Positions 19,012 through 29,292 of a stretch of DNA of 64,000 bases are shown here, one piece after another. Numbering within the stretch: position 1 is the stretch's first letter; each line of letters starts with the position of its first letter. The DNA comes from a virus. Position numbers and translations under genes: made by a program. The stretch lies in IMG/VR virus record IMGVR_UViG_3300024306_000013; one strand, 5' to 3'. The notes beneath the pieces were generated by a model. It was not told the DNA's origin, made no database searches, and worked only from the letters and a program-made list of their open reading frames with translations.

Positions 19012-20449
19012 AATGATCAAGGTATTTGTAGGTTTTGATTCTAGAGAAGAAATCGCCTACGAAGTCTGTAAACATTCAATTTTAAAACACAATAAGAACG
19101 TAAAAGTTTCTCCGTTGAAACAAGACCATCTAAGAAGATTGGGATTATATTGGAGACCAACTGATCCGTTATCAAGCACCGAATTTACCTTTACAAGATT
19201 CTTAGTACCGGCACTTTGTAACTATCAAGGCTGGGCAGTTTTTTGTGATTGCGATTTTATATGGACTGAAGACATTGCCAATTTACTAGCCAAGGCTGAT
19301 CCTAAGTATGCTGTGATGTGTGTACATCATGACTACACTGTAAAAAATACAGTCAAGATGGATGGAAAAGAACAGACTATCTATCCTAGGAAAAACTGGA
19401 GTTCGATGGTGTTATTCAACTGCGGACATCCATCTAATCGAACATTAACCGCAGATTTAGTTAATAAAGAAACGGGCAAGTATCTACATAGATTTGGTTG
19501 GTTAAAAGATGAAGAGATTGGCGAAATATCTCATGAATGGAATTGGTTAGTTGGTGTATATTCTGAATCAACTGGCGGAAAACCTAGAGCTATACATTAT
19601 ACAGAAGGCGGCCCGTGGTTCGATAATTATAGAACTTGTGAATATGCTGATGTATGGAATAACTATCTTCTATCGTATTCGTTAGATATCATACAAAAGG
19701 ATAAACAAGCAGACATTGATATTCCTATAACATGGGTCACAAGTCTTAGTAGAGAATATTGGAACATAATTGCCGAAGCCACATTGCCTACATGGAGTAA
19801 TCTCCCTGGACAGGTAGTATTTGTTTGGGACGATAAACCAAAAGATCTAGGATTTGGTTACAATTTTATGTTCAGCAAAGACGTATGTCCGGATTCCGAT
19901 CCTTGGATACGAGAAAAGATGGGTTCTTACAAGTCTGACAGATTTTGGAAAAAGAGCCGTGTACAAGTATGGGCAGCACGTAAATTTAAAGGTCTAGTAG
20001 TTTGGTTAGATGCCGATATATCTGTTAAGAACAATATTGATCTTGATACCGCTATTAAACTTTTACATCCCAGAGAAAAAGTATGTGGTATATTAGATTG
20101 TGGCGGCGAATGGGACGTTGACACTGGGCTCGTTACTTTTAATACTGACCACGTAGCTATACACGACTTTATCAGCAAGTATTCATTGATGTGGTACAAT
20201 GGGCAGATATCTACACTTCCTCAACCTTATGACCATTATGCTATGAGTAAATTGAGAAATAGCATAGCAATGAAAACATACGTGTTACCTAAGGAACAAT
20301 GGAGAGAAACCCCAACTGAAAACATAAACAGATCAGCTATGCGTAATAGCATTTTCGATTATCACTTCGAACATCACTTAGGTATAGAAAATAAAGATGA
20401 AGTTCGTAGTAAATTTAGACAAATACCTTTAGTGAGTAGCAAACAATGA
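19004..20449 (+). CDS. Two-domain glycosyltransferase (GT8-like plus a second GT-A domain)
   Basis: STEFTFTRF, FCDCD, YPRKNWSS, HEWNWL, HYTEGGPW; second domain has WLDAD. Confidence 0.8.
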   Translation: MPEMIKVFVGFDSREEIAYEVCKHSILKHNKNVKVSPLKQDHLRRLGLYWRPTDPLSSTEFTFTRFLVPALCNYQGWAVFCDCDFIWTEDIANLLAKADPKYAVMCVHHDYTVKNTVKMDGKEQTIYPRKNWSSMVLFNCGHPSNRTLTADLVNKETGKYLHRFGWLKDEEIGEISHEWNWLVGVYSESTGGKPRAIHYTEGGPWFDNYRTCEYADVWNNYLLSYSLDIIQKDKQADIDIPITWVTSLSREYWNIIAEATLPTWSNLPGQVVFVWDDKPKDLGFGYNFMFSKDVCPDSDPWIREKMGSYKSDRFWKKSRVQVWAARKFKGLVVWLDADISVKNNIDLDTAIKLLHPREKVCGILDCGGEWDVDTGLVTFNTDHVAIHDFISKYSLMWYNGQISTLPQPYDHYAMSKLRNSIAMKTYVLPKEQWRETPTENINRSAMRNSIFDYHFEHHLGIENKDEVRSKFRQIPLVSSKQ

Positions 20450-21363
20450 AAGTAGTTTGTTATATCTCAGCAATCCCGCCTAACAATAAAAATCAAGAAA
20501 AGAAAGATCTACATGTTCTTTTTGATCAAGGAGTTAAAACGATCGGTGACGAATCATTTTTGATGCATGGCACACAGATAATGGACTGTGATGTAGCATT
20601 ACTACAAGGATGGGTACATGAAGGTTCTAAAAATGCTCCACACTTAAGATTGCGACAGGGAGTGATAGATCATCAACGCAATACAGGAAAGCATGTATTA
20701 ATAGCTGATAGCAATCTTTTCCTTTATACCGACAAAGACAATCCTTTACATTATCTCAGATACAGTTTCGATGGCGTTTTTCCTACAACAGGAATTTATT
20801 TTGATAGAACGGTAGATCCTTCAAGATGGCAACAGATTAAAAGAGATCACAAAATAGATATCAAAGACTGGAAAACAGATGGTGAATATATTCTTATTTG
20901 TACTCAAAGAAATGGCGGATGGAGCATGGGGTCTTTTGCTGTAACCAGCTGGTTAGATATGATAATCAGAGAAATACGACGGTATACTGATAGACCTATA
21001 GTAGTAAGAGGACATCCTGGAGACAGAAACACTGCGATATATCTAAAAGATTATGATCCAAGGTATACTTTAAGTAAAAATCCTAGTATACTAGATGATT
21101 TTAAAAATGCTAAAGCAGTTATCACTTATAATAGCAGTCCAGGCGTGGCTGCTGCTATAGAAGGTATTCCAGTTTTTGTAACAGACGATATGGCACAGAA
21201 TAGTCAAGCATATGCTGTAGCAAATACTAACCTTTCGATGATAGAAAATCCCATCATGACTAATAATCGACAAGCATGGATCGAAAAAATCTGTATGAGT
21301 CACTGGAATTTTGAAGAACTTAGGTCAGGTAAGGCCTGGGCACATTTTAAACAGTATGTCTGA
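20446..21363 (+). CDS. Capsule-biosynthesis-like glycosyltransferase, paralog 2
   Basis: RPIVVRGHP, VITYNSSPGVAAAIEGIPVF, SHWNFEEL.SG. Confidence 0.5.
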   Translation: MKVVCYISAIPPNNKNQEKKDLHVLFDQGVKTIGDESFLMHGTQIMDCDVALLQGWVHEGSKNAPHLRLRQGVIDHQRNTGKHVLIADSNLFLYTDKDNPLHYLRYSFDGVFPTTGIYFDRTVDPSRWQQIKRDHKIDIKDWKTDGEYILICTQRNGGWSMGSFAVTSWLDMIIREIRRYTDRPIVVRGHPGDRNTAIYLKDYDPRYTLSKNPSILDDFKNAKAVITYNSSPGVAAAIEGIPVFVTDDMAQNSQAYAVANTNLSMIENPIMTNNRQAWIEKICMSHWNFEELRSGKAWAHFKQYV

Positions 21364-22024
21364 CGCTATAACAAAATTAAATTTAGAATTTAGAGAAAGT
21401 AAAGCCCACGGCGGCAGTTGGCTTTGGCCTAACGACGACACGGTAGCTTGGTCATACCTTAATAAAGCAGCACATAGACATTTGCCCCACAAGATTTCTC
21501 AATTTTGTGATAGAAAATCATTGGTTATACAAGCAGGTGGTAACGCAGGTCTATATCCTAAACAATATGCTTCCTTATTCCAACAGGTAATAACTATAGA
21601 ACCAGATTATAGAAACTTTTTTTGTCTTTGTTACAATGTTCCTGATGCTAATGTATTCAAATTCCAAGCATGTCTTGGTGATAGCAACAAGATGTTAGGA
21701 TTAGATTACAATCCTCGATGGAATAATGAAAACCGAGGAGCGATGAAAGTATCTAGTTCTGGTATCATTCCACAAATAACCATCGACAGTTTCAATCTAG
21801 CACCGGATCTAATACATCTTGACATAGAAGGTTACGAAGGATTTGCTCTCAACGGTGCTATTGATACCATTACCAAACACAAACCATTGATAGTGCTAGA
21901 AACGAATGGTTCAGGGGATGAATATGGATGGCCGCAGAACAAAATTGATGAATTATTGTTTTCTTTAGGTTATAAAATTCTAGAAAACTGGGGTCATGAT
22001 ACGGTGTACAAAAATGAAACGTGA
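21356..22024 (+). CDS. FkbM-family SAM methyltransferase
   Basis: IQAGGNAG, IEPD, LIHLDIEGYE..AL.GA..TI.KHKP. Confidence 0.8.
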   Translation: MSDAITKLNLEFRESKAHGGSWLWPNDDTVAWSYLNKAAHRHLPHKISQFCDRKSLVIQAGGNAGLYPKQYASLFQQVITIEPDYRNFFCLCYNVPDANVFKFQACLGDSNKMLGLDYNPRWNNENRGAMKVSSSGIIPQITIDSFNLAPDLIHLDIEGYEGFALNGAIDTITKHKPLIVLETNGSGDEYGWPQNKIDELLFSLGYKILENWGHDTVYKNET

Positions 22025-22685
22025 TATTTTATGGGTTACTGGATTTAGCGAGAGTTATTATAATGCTGTAGGAAAAATTACCTTAGGCACATGGAATTTT
22101 CTCACTAACGATCACATATTTTTTAGCGAAAGTCGTATTTCTCATAAAGGTACGATTTATATCGGCGAAGAAATGAAAAATTATCATCCAGATTTACAAA
22201 ATAAGATTTTTAATGAAAGTAAAAAGACATATAAATTTTTCAAGAAAGCATTTTGTATCTGGTATGCTCTAAAAAACTATCAAGACAAGTATAAGTCTAT
22301 TATTTGGTTAGACACAGATGTGTTAGTTAAAAAACCTTTTGATGTAAATGAATTTTTACCAAACCAAGATCAGATTTTTTCTACTATCATCCACGGACAA
22401 CATGGCTGCGACTCGGGTTTCGTAGCATTTAACACTGATTATCCAGATTTTGACAAATTTGTCGACGAATATATCGATTACTATTTGTCAGGTAGGATAT
22501 ATCAGATGCACAATCCATGGGATGCTTATATCCTCGAAGACTTTTCTAAAAGGATGCCAGTAAAAAATCTATTTTCTGGTAAGCCCTCTAAAGAAGATTG
22601 CGGATTCCAAAACACTTTGTTAGATCCTTATCTCGATCATTACTGGGGAAAGAAAGGAAAAATAGAATTGGAGTCTAAATCATGA
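22014..22685 (+). CDS. GT-A nucleotide-diphospho-sugar transferase-like protein
   Basis: WLDTD DxD motif, DSGF.AFN, WD. Confidence 0.6.
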   Translation: MKRDILWVTGFSESYYNAVGKITLGTWNFLTNDHIFFSESRISHKGTIYIGEEMKNYHPDLQNKIFNESKKTYKFFKKAFCIWYALKNYQDKYKSIIWLDTDVLVKKPFDVNEFLPNQDQIFSTIIHGQHGCDSGFVAFNTDYPDFDKFVDEYIDYYLSGRIYQMHNPWDAYILEDFSKRMPVKNLFSGKPSKEDCGFQNTLLDPYLDHYWGKKGKIELESKS

Positions 22686-23416
22686 AATATACCGTAAAAT
22701 GGTCGGGATTAGCTGATTCGAAATACTATGAATATATTGCTAAATTTTGTTTACCTTCATGGACAATGTTGCCAGGAGAAAAATTCGTCATTCATGATGG
22801 CAACTTGATCAACATACCAGGTATCAATGTAGTACCATGGGAAGGAATACCCAACGAACAGTCAAAATTTATCGCCAATCAGCCTAAGAAGAAACCTTGG
22901 AACTTCTGGCGGAAGATGCAGAGCCAAGTACACGCAGTAAGAACACAAAAAGATTGCGATTTTTTGGTTTTGTTAGACACCGACATCGAAGTTTTTGATT
23001 TTAATGCGAAATTATTTTCACAAGAGTTAGAAAATTTACTAACATCGGGGCTAGTATGGGCTACTGGTCAATCTCAATTGAGAAAATTAGATGCCGGTTT
23101 CATCATCATTAACATGAAACACCCATCCAGAGAACAGTTGATAAACGATTATGAAGATATTTGGGAATCTGGTAAAATTTATACACTAGAAAAAGGCTAC
23201 GATGGAGATGCTGTCGAAAGTCTTTTTGAAAAATATCCTTCATACAGATTAAAAAACAGAGATTACGGGTCTGGCCTACATGTTTACGATCTAGGAGTGA
23301 TACATTGGGGTAGCAAACTACCAAAAGAACTAAGAGCTGCGTGGCAAGGAGATGCTAAAAGTCTTCTTGATAAAAGATTATCAGAGATAGTGATCAAAGA
23401 ATATAAAAATCGCTAA
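22682..23416 (+). CDS. GT-A transferase-like paralog
   Basis: LLDTD, DAGFIIIN, YDGD. Confidence 0.55.
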   Translation: MKYTVKWSGLADSKYYEYIAKFCLPSWTMLPGEKFVIHDGNLINIPGINVVPWEGIPNEQSKFIANQPKKKPWNFWRKMQSQVHAVRTQKDCDFLVLLDTDIEVFDFNAKLFSQELENLLTSGLVWATGQSQLRKLDAGFIIINMKHPSREQLINDYEDIWESGKIYTLEKGYDGDAVESLFEKYPSYRLKNRDYGSGLHVYDLGVIHWGSKLPKELRAAWQGDAKSLLDKRLSEIVIKEYKNR

Positions 23417-24222
23417 GACACCCAATAGCTTTCTTGTCTGTTTACCCTAAGATCAGTGATTTTGCTTTTTCCTAAGTCTTTTCTAGCACCTTTTAAATGA
23501 TCTAGGTAAGCTCCCCAAGCAGAATTTATCAAAGGATGACCTTCACCTTTGATCAAACCTCTACTCCAATCGTGTTGTTTGAGAAAAGGCATCCTTAACC
23601 TAACGTCATCAAAAACAAAACTGTCATGCCACTCTGTAAGACGGAAAATTCCGGTCTCTGCGTGGTCATACATCCTTTGAAATTCTCTTAAAAAATCTAA
23701 TGTTTGGAGATTTTTAAGATTCATAGAATACAACCCACATTCGGACCATTTATTTTCTCTACCTAAAAAACATATGTCTTGTTCTTTTGGTATCAATTGT
23801 TCAATAGCTACTAAATTTATGGGACTATGACATATTGTGTCAGCATCCATCCATAATAAAATGTCACTTTCACAGTTTTTAGCACAATGAAATATAGCAT
23901 AGACCTTATGACTGAATCTTACAGCATCCCATCTAAAGCCTATACCGGGCTGTTTACCACCTTTACCGATCGGACCTGTAGCAAGGTTTCCTGTAGCTCG
24001 TGGATCATCTTTCCATTTTTGTTTGAAGGAAACTAATTCAGGACTGCTAGAGTGTAAATCACGTACTACAAGGTTTTTTGCCTGTTCAACTACTTGGCAG
24101 TTTTCACTATATGCGTACAGCGTAACTTCTTCGGGCCAATTTTTTATAAAACTATTGATCATGTTTCGGCCATATTTTTCATAGCCGGATTGATTGAATG
24201 TAGTAACCACGGAAATTTTCAT
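23413..24222 (-). CDS. GT-A transferase-like paralog
   Basis: RFSHK.YA, WMDAD, ECG, WHDSFVFD, HLKG; has its own late promoter. Confidence 0.65.
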   Translation of the reverse strand: MKISVVTTFNQSGYEKYGRNMINSFIKNWPEEVTLYAYSENCQVVEQAKNLVVRDLHSSSPELVSFKQKWKDDPRATGNLATGPIGKGGKQPGIGFRWDAVRFSHKVYAIFHCAKNCESDILLWMDADTICHSPINLVAIEQLIPKEQDICFLGRENKWSECGLYSMNLKNLQTLDFLREFQRMYDHAETGIFRLTEWHDSFVFDDVRLRMPFLKQHDWSRGLIKGEGHPLINSAWGAYLDHLKGARKDLGKSKITDLRVNRQESYWVS

Positions 24223-24295
24223 ATTGATATTTATAGATGGTAAAAAAGTGAATTTTTTTCTTGATCTTTGAGGTCAGAGAAGTTAATATTATATA

Positions 24296-25483
24296 ATGAT
24301 CTCAACACAACCTATCGATAAAATCTTTGAGGACTTTGCCAACAGTGTGGTGTTCGGAAACATCCGTGTGGACACCGCAGATGAAAGTCCTGTTTATAGT
24401 TTTCATACGGTTGTCACACAAAATACCCCATTAACTAAGAAACAGAGTCTCTATGTTTTGAGGTTATTGAGGAAGTATCAGACACCCTACGAACAATACA
24501 GTAAAAAATCTATCACACATGCTTTGGCCAATCCTACATGGACACATCCATTTAGAGAATTAGATCCTAGCAAGAAAATCTATGTGGAAGAAATTGGAAA
24601 AATCACCTGGATTTTTGCTAAATTTCCATATGCCCTTAAAGAAGAATTTGCCAAGGAATTCAAGGTGTATGGAAAGATGATGTGGGATCCTGAGACCAAA
24701 TCACAGAGAGCAAGATTGTATGACATCAATGTCGTACATCTTCATAGTTTTGGTCAAAAACATGGTTTTGAATTCGATGAAAAATTCCAAAATCTTGTAG
24801 AATCGGTTGAAGAAATATGGCAACGTGAAAATGAAATCACACGCTCATGTATAGTCGAAAGTGACCATGTCAAGCTGATTAATGCTACAGAATCAGCTCA
24901 GGAATATTTTGACAAGAATAAGAAAAACAGCTTAAAATCTGACCTATTTTTAGCCAGAATGTTAGGTCACAAATTTATCACTGATAAAACACAAAATAGA
25001 ATAGAAACACTGTGCTCAAAGAAAAAATCTAAATTTTGGTTTCGAGATATCAATGTTCTCATGTCAGTGGTTAAAGACCTAGACCATCACCCTGTTTTGA
25101 TATTTTTAGATAGAACCACCGATGTAGTTGACTATGCTAAAAAGTTTGTAGAAGCAGGAATAAATGCCGGGATACCAAATGAATATTTCCGAATTCTTTT
25201 TAGATTCAAGAACGATGAAGAACAGGGTCAACGGTTTAACGAATGGATCAAAGAAAACAATCTCGGCGGTGAAGTCGAAACTGGCAAGATATTCATTTGC
25301 CAACACAAACCACCAAAATGGATGATTAAGTCTAATTTACAGCCATCTTTACTGATAAGTAATACACTCAATCCGCATACAAATACATCAACCATTTCAA
25401 TGATCAACCAGCACCACACTGTGTTTTACGTTGGTAACATCAGACCCACTGTGTCGAAGGAGACTGAAGTTGTCCATTTGTAA
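24296..25483 (+). CDS. Hypothetical protein upstream of UvsW
   Basis: 395-aa ORF overlapping the uvsW start. Confidence 0.65.
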   Translation: MISTQPIDKIFEDFANSVVFGNIRVDTADESPVYSFHTVVTQNTPLTKKQSLYVLRLLRKYQTPYEQYSKKSITHALANPTWTHPFRELDPSKKIYVEEIGKITWIFAKFPYALKEEFAKEFKVYGKMMWDPETKSQRARLYDINVVHLHSFGQKHGFEFDEKFQNLVESVEEIWQRENEITRSCIVESDHVKLINATESAQEYFDKNKKNSLKSDLFLARMLGHKFITDKTQNRIETLCSKKKSKFWFRDINVLMSVVKDLDHHPVLIFLDRTTDVVDYAKKFVEAGINAGIPNEYFRILFRFKNDEEQGQRFNEWIKENNLGGEVETGKIFICQHKPPKWMIKSNLQPSLLISNTLNPHTNTSTISMINQHHTVFYVGNIRPTVSKETEVVHL

Positions 25484-26927
25484 ACTAATCATTAAAGACG
25501 AAGTCAATGTAAAGATAGAAGGACTCGCTTTAGAAACTAGACGTAAGCTGGCTAATAAATTCAAGATTGATGTACCGTGGGCACGTTATCAACCGGCATA
25601 TAGATTAGGCCGGTGGGACGGTACCGTAGCTTTCTTCGGCATAGGAGGCACAGGCTATATGTGCCATATCGAAGAAATCGTAGAAGTATTAACCAATGAC
25701 GGCTATGAAATAGAAATAGAAGATCAAAGACAGCACCTGGATCTTAAGTTTACTAAAGTCACCGAAAACTACTGGGCAGACAAAGGAAAGGTATGGCCCA
25801 AAGGACATAGGTTTGAAGGAGAACCTATCGTGCTACGTGATTATCAATATGATGCTGTCAACAAGTTCTTAGAGAATCCACAATGCTTACAAGAAATCGC
25901 AACAGGTGCGGGTAAAACTATTACAACAGCAACACTCAGTCATTGTTGTGAGCCATATGGTAGAACTGTAGTCATCGTACCTAACAAATCACTCGTCGAA
26001 CAGACAGAAGAAGACTTTCGCAATGTCGGGCTCGATGTAGGCGTCTATTACGGTGATCGAAAAGAATTAGGAAAGACTCACACTATCTGTACTTGGCAGA
26101 GTCTAAATGTATTAGATAAGAAAAGTCATGATGCTGAAGAAGCATTGACTTTGAAAGAATTCTTCCATGATGTCGTAGCAGTCATCGTCGATGAAGTACA
26201 CATGGCTAAAGCCGAAGTGTTAAAAAACATATTAACACAAGACTTGGCAAACTGTCCTATACGTTGGGGATTAACTGGAACCATACCAAAAGAAAAATTT
26301 GAATTTGTCAGCATATTAGCTGCTATAGGACCAGTTATCAATCGTATCACTGCGCATGATCTACAACAGAAAGATGTTCTAGCTCAATGTCATGTGGAAG
26401 TACTACAGACCATAGAAATCAAAGAATTTCGTTCTTATCCTGAAGAACTGAAATACCTAGTCACAGATCCTGTTAGGATTGACTGGGTAGCTGAAAAAAT
26501 AAAAAACATAGCTGCTACAGGAAATACACTGGTGCTCATAGACCGAATAGAGACCGGAGACAAGCTGTGTGAAAGAATACCAGAAGCTGTGTTTATCAGC
26601 GGAAAGGTCAAAACAAAAGATAGGAAAGAAGAATACGATGAGGTACAATCTGTGGATGATAAGATCATTATTGCTACTTATGGTGTTGCCGCCGTTGGGA
26701 TTAACATTCCTCGCATTTTTAATCTTATTCTTATTGAACCAGGCAAATCTTTTGTAAGAGTAATACAAAGTATTGGACGAGGAATCCGCAAAGCAGAAGA
26801 TAAAGATTTTGTCCAGATATGGGACATCACTGGCGGTACGAAATATGCTAAACGTCACTTAACTGAACGTAAAAAGTTTTACAAGGATGCTCACTATCCT
26901 TTTAATATAACCAAGGTAACAATATGA
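25470..26927 (+). CDS. uvsW: UvsW-like SF2 DNA helicase
   Basis: LRDYQ, ATGAGKT, VDEVH, GLTGT, QSIGRGIR; TTG start with an AAGGAG RBS 7 nt upstream. Confidence 0.9.
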   Translation: MSICKLIIKDEVNVKIEGLALETRRKLANKFKIDVPWARYQPAYRLGRWDGTVAFFGIGGTGYMCHIEEIVEVLTNDGYEIEIEDQRQHLDLKFTKVTENYWADKGKVWPKGHRFEGEPIVLRDYQYDAVNKFLENPQCLQEIATGAGKTITTATLSHCCEPYGRTVVIVPNKSLVEQTEEDFRNVGLDVGVYYGDRKELGKTHTICTWQSLNVLDKKSHDAEEALTLKEFFHDVVAVIVDEVHMAKAEVLKNILTQDLANCPIRWGLTGTIPKEKFEFVSILAAIGPVINRITAHDLQQKDVLAQCHVEVLQTIEIKEFRSYPEELKYLVTDPVRIDWVAEKIKNIAATGNTLVLIDRIETGDKLCERIPEAVFISGKVKTKDRKEEYDEVQSVDDKIIIATYGVAAVGINIPRIFNLILIEPGKSFVRVIQSIGRGIRKAEDKDFVQIWDITGGTKYAKRHLTERKKFYKDAHYPFNITKVTI

Positions 26928-27430
26928 GAATTTTAACTTTAAACAACACATCATTTGATCTGAATGAACTACCAGAAGACGTAGAAGAAGATACAAGATT
27001 TTCGGTACTAGACAATTCAACACCTAGTGAACCCGATTTCTTTTTTGTTCCTCTTATCTTTCTTGAATCATTTAATGCTCCTGCTATCGTACTAAAGATA
27101 GGTGGGCATGAAGTACAAATGCCGTTAGATTGGAGCATGGTAGTAGGCGATAAAGAATGTGGAGCAGATCCAGAAGTACTACCATTAACTAGTCTAAATG
27201 AACGAGGATTTGACGCATTAATATTCAATCCTATTAAAGGATTCAAGGTAGAATACGCACCAGTTGAAATTGTCAATATCTATCAAGACGTCAAATGGTA
27301 TTTCCCTAAGATGAAAAACAATCAACTATTGACGGTGCCTATTCGTGAAGGGATCAATCCGCCGTGTGCTTATTTTGTCAAAGAAATTTCTAGACAGAGC
27401 GAGATAGTCCAGATAGATAAAATTTTATGA
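26924..27430 (+). CDS. Hypothetical beta-rich protein (possibly a degenerate Hint fold)
   Basis: 168 aa, ATGA-coupled to uvsW. Confidence 0.6.
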   Translation: MRILTLNNTSFDLNELPEDVEEDTRFSVLDNSTPSEPDFFFVPLIFLESFNAPAIVLKIGGHEVQMPLDWSMVVGDKECGADPEVLPLTSLNERGFDALIFNPIKGFKVEYAPVEIVNIYQDVKWYFPKMKNNQLLTVPIREGINPPCAYFVKEISRQSEIVQIDKIL

Positions 27431-27687
27431 TACCAGGAACAGATTTTTCTAGAAGATACTGGGGTCAAAACTACGATCATTTCGAACGTGTCGCTGCGTG
27501 GGGCGAAGAGTTTTTCTGGCTTCCAAAGCGTTGTTATGTTACCAAAAAGCTTCTATGGCTAGTGACAGCATATCGAGGCGTAGCGATGTACACTGGACCA
27601 GGGGAGGCCGTCGTAGAGTTTCGTTTTTATTCTAAAGAGTCATTCATGATGAAAGCCTTGCGAGGAGAACTAAGGTGGGATCATTAA
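27427..27687 (+). CDS. Hypothetical protein
   Basis: 86 aa, coupled overlap. Confidence 0.55.
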   Translation: MIPGTDFSRRYWGQNYDHFERVAAWGEEFFWLPKRCYVTKKLLWLVTAYRGVAMYTGPGEAVVEFRFYSKESFMMKALRGELRWDH

Positions 27688-27935
27688 AACCAGGAGCGAC
27701 TTATGTCTATGAACGTGTAGACGACACAATATATGCCCGTGAGCTAGGCGCTGATCCAAAAGATCGTTTTGTGATTGGCTATGATTATAAAATACGTCAA
27801 GAAGTAGAAAATAGATTTAGGCCGTTTAAGTGGGTCGATATGATGCGTGAAGCAAGACATAACGAAGCTTTACAAAAAGCCATAGACCATGCTATACTAA
27901 TATATGAGTTAAGCAGAAAATACGATGCCAAATAA
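27675..27935 (+). CDS. Hypothetical protein
   Basis: 86 aa; LKPGATYVYERVD.TIYARE.G. Confidence 0.6.
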   Translation: MGSLKPGATYVYERVDDTIYARELGADPKDRFVIGYDYKIRQEVENRFRPFKWVDMMREARHNEALQKAIDHAILIYELSRKYDAK

Positions 27936-28404
27936 ACATATAGACCTTTTCAAAGACATGATACCCGCAGTAGACATGGGTCTTAAAGACCTGTGGGAAG
28001 TCGCGTCGGAGGAAGGTCGTAAAGAAATCAAAGGTGATTTGTGGAATCTTAATCGTTATATCAGCAGTGTCAAATCCAATAACAGAGAATTACAAGAACA
28101 CTATCTTATATTGGTTAATGAACTATATAACAAAAACTATGCTTCGGCTAGTAAACATCCTAAACTGATGTGGTTGCTATTATGTTCTTGTCATCACGAA
28201 AGCAAGAAAACACATTTCCACGAATGGATACCTTTAAAAAGGACTAGCGATAATAAAAATATAAAATTATTGATGGACATTTATCCTACTGCCAAAGTCG
28301 AAGATCTAGAATTATTGTCTAAGATTTTAGGTGCTAAAGGACTGAGGCAGTTGGCTAGAGATCATGGATACAATGACAAACAAATCAAAGACCTTAAGCT
28401 ATAG
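27925..28404 (+). CDS. Clamp-loader small subunit (gp62-like)
   Basis: LNRYISS...LVNELYN...KHPKL.W...HEWI resembles the gp62 pattern. Confidence 0.5.
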   Translation: MPNKHIDLFKDMIPAVDMGLKDLWEVASEEGRKEIKGDLWNLNRYISSVKSNNRELQEHYLILVNELYNKNYASASKHPKLMWLLLCSCHHESKKTHFHEWIPLKRTSDNKNIKLLMDIYPTAKVEDLELLSKILGAKGLRQLARDHGYNDKQIKDLKL

Positions 28405-29068
28405 TTGCGGCTACTGCGGAAAGTCTTTTACCAAAGAAAAAACATTGGCAGTACATGTCTGTGAAAAGAAACGCAGGCATATGAGTCGTGGTGAAAAACA
28501 TGTACAGGCTGCTTTGATCGCATTTCAAAAGTTTTATGAGATAGCGACTAGAAGTAAAAATAAAACATTTGATGAGTTTGTAGACAGCCCATATTACAAT
28601 GCCTTTGTTAAGTTTGGCAGTTTCTTGGTAAATGCTAATCCTATATATCCTGAAAGATTTATCGAATGGGTTATAAAAAGTGGTATTAAACTTGATCACT
28701 GGTGTCGTGATGAATTATACGATCAATACGTTTGCGAACTGATAAAAACTGAACCAGCAGACGGTGCTATACAACGAACTATCGCTACCATGATAGATTG
28801 GGCCAATGATAATCAAGCACAATGGGAACATTATTTTCTTTATGTGAATACTAATAGAGCCACTAAGCATATTAAAGAAGGGCTAATCAGTCCTTGGGTA
28901 TTGCTTAACTGTTCCGGTGGAAAGTCACTTTTAAAGAAATTAAATAACGAGCAGATAGAAATAATATCGCCTATACTAGATCCAGATCACTGGAGAAACA
29001 GATTTAGGAATTTACCAGCCGATTTAGAATTAGTAAAAGAACTAATTAAAGAAGCAAAAATATTATGA
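28364..29068 (+). CDS. Protein with an N-terminal C2H2-like zinc finger
   Basis: YSCGYCGKSFTKEKTLAVHVC. Confidence 0.65.
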   Translation: MDTMTNKSKTLSYSCGYCGKSFTKEKTLAVHVCEKKRRHMSRGEKHVQAALIAFQKFYEIATRSKNKTFDEFVDSPYYNAFVKFGSFLVNANPIYPERFIEWVIKSGIKLDHWCRDELYDQYVCELIKTEPADGAIQRTIATMIDWANDNQAQWEHYFLYVNTNRATKHIKEGLISPWVLLNCSGGKSLLKKLNNEQIEIISPILDPDHWRNRFRNLPADLELVKELIKEAKIL

Positions 29069-29292
29069 CAAAGAAAAAAACACAAGTCGAAAATCAAATA
29101 GAAGAACTAGCAGAAAATGAAGAATTTATTTCGGAAAGAGATGATCTTGATATCGAAGTAAGATTAGGAGAAGATAATTCAGTCATGGTAAGGTTTACAG
29201 GATTTGAGGATGAAGAAGAAGCAGACGAGTATGCTCAATTCTTAGCTGAAAACTTACCACTATTGCTATTTGAAACTACAAGGTTACAATAA
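29065..29292 (+). CDS. Small acidic hypothetical protein
   Basis: 75 aa, E/D-rich. Confidence 0.6.
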   Translation: MTKKKTQVENQIEELAENEEFISERDDLDIEVRLGEDNSVMVRFTGFEDEEEADEYAQFLAENLPLLLFETTRLQ

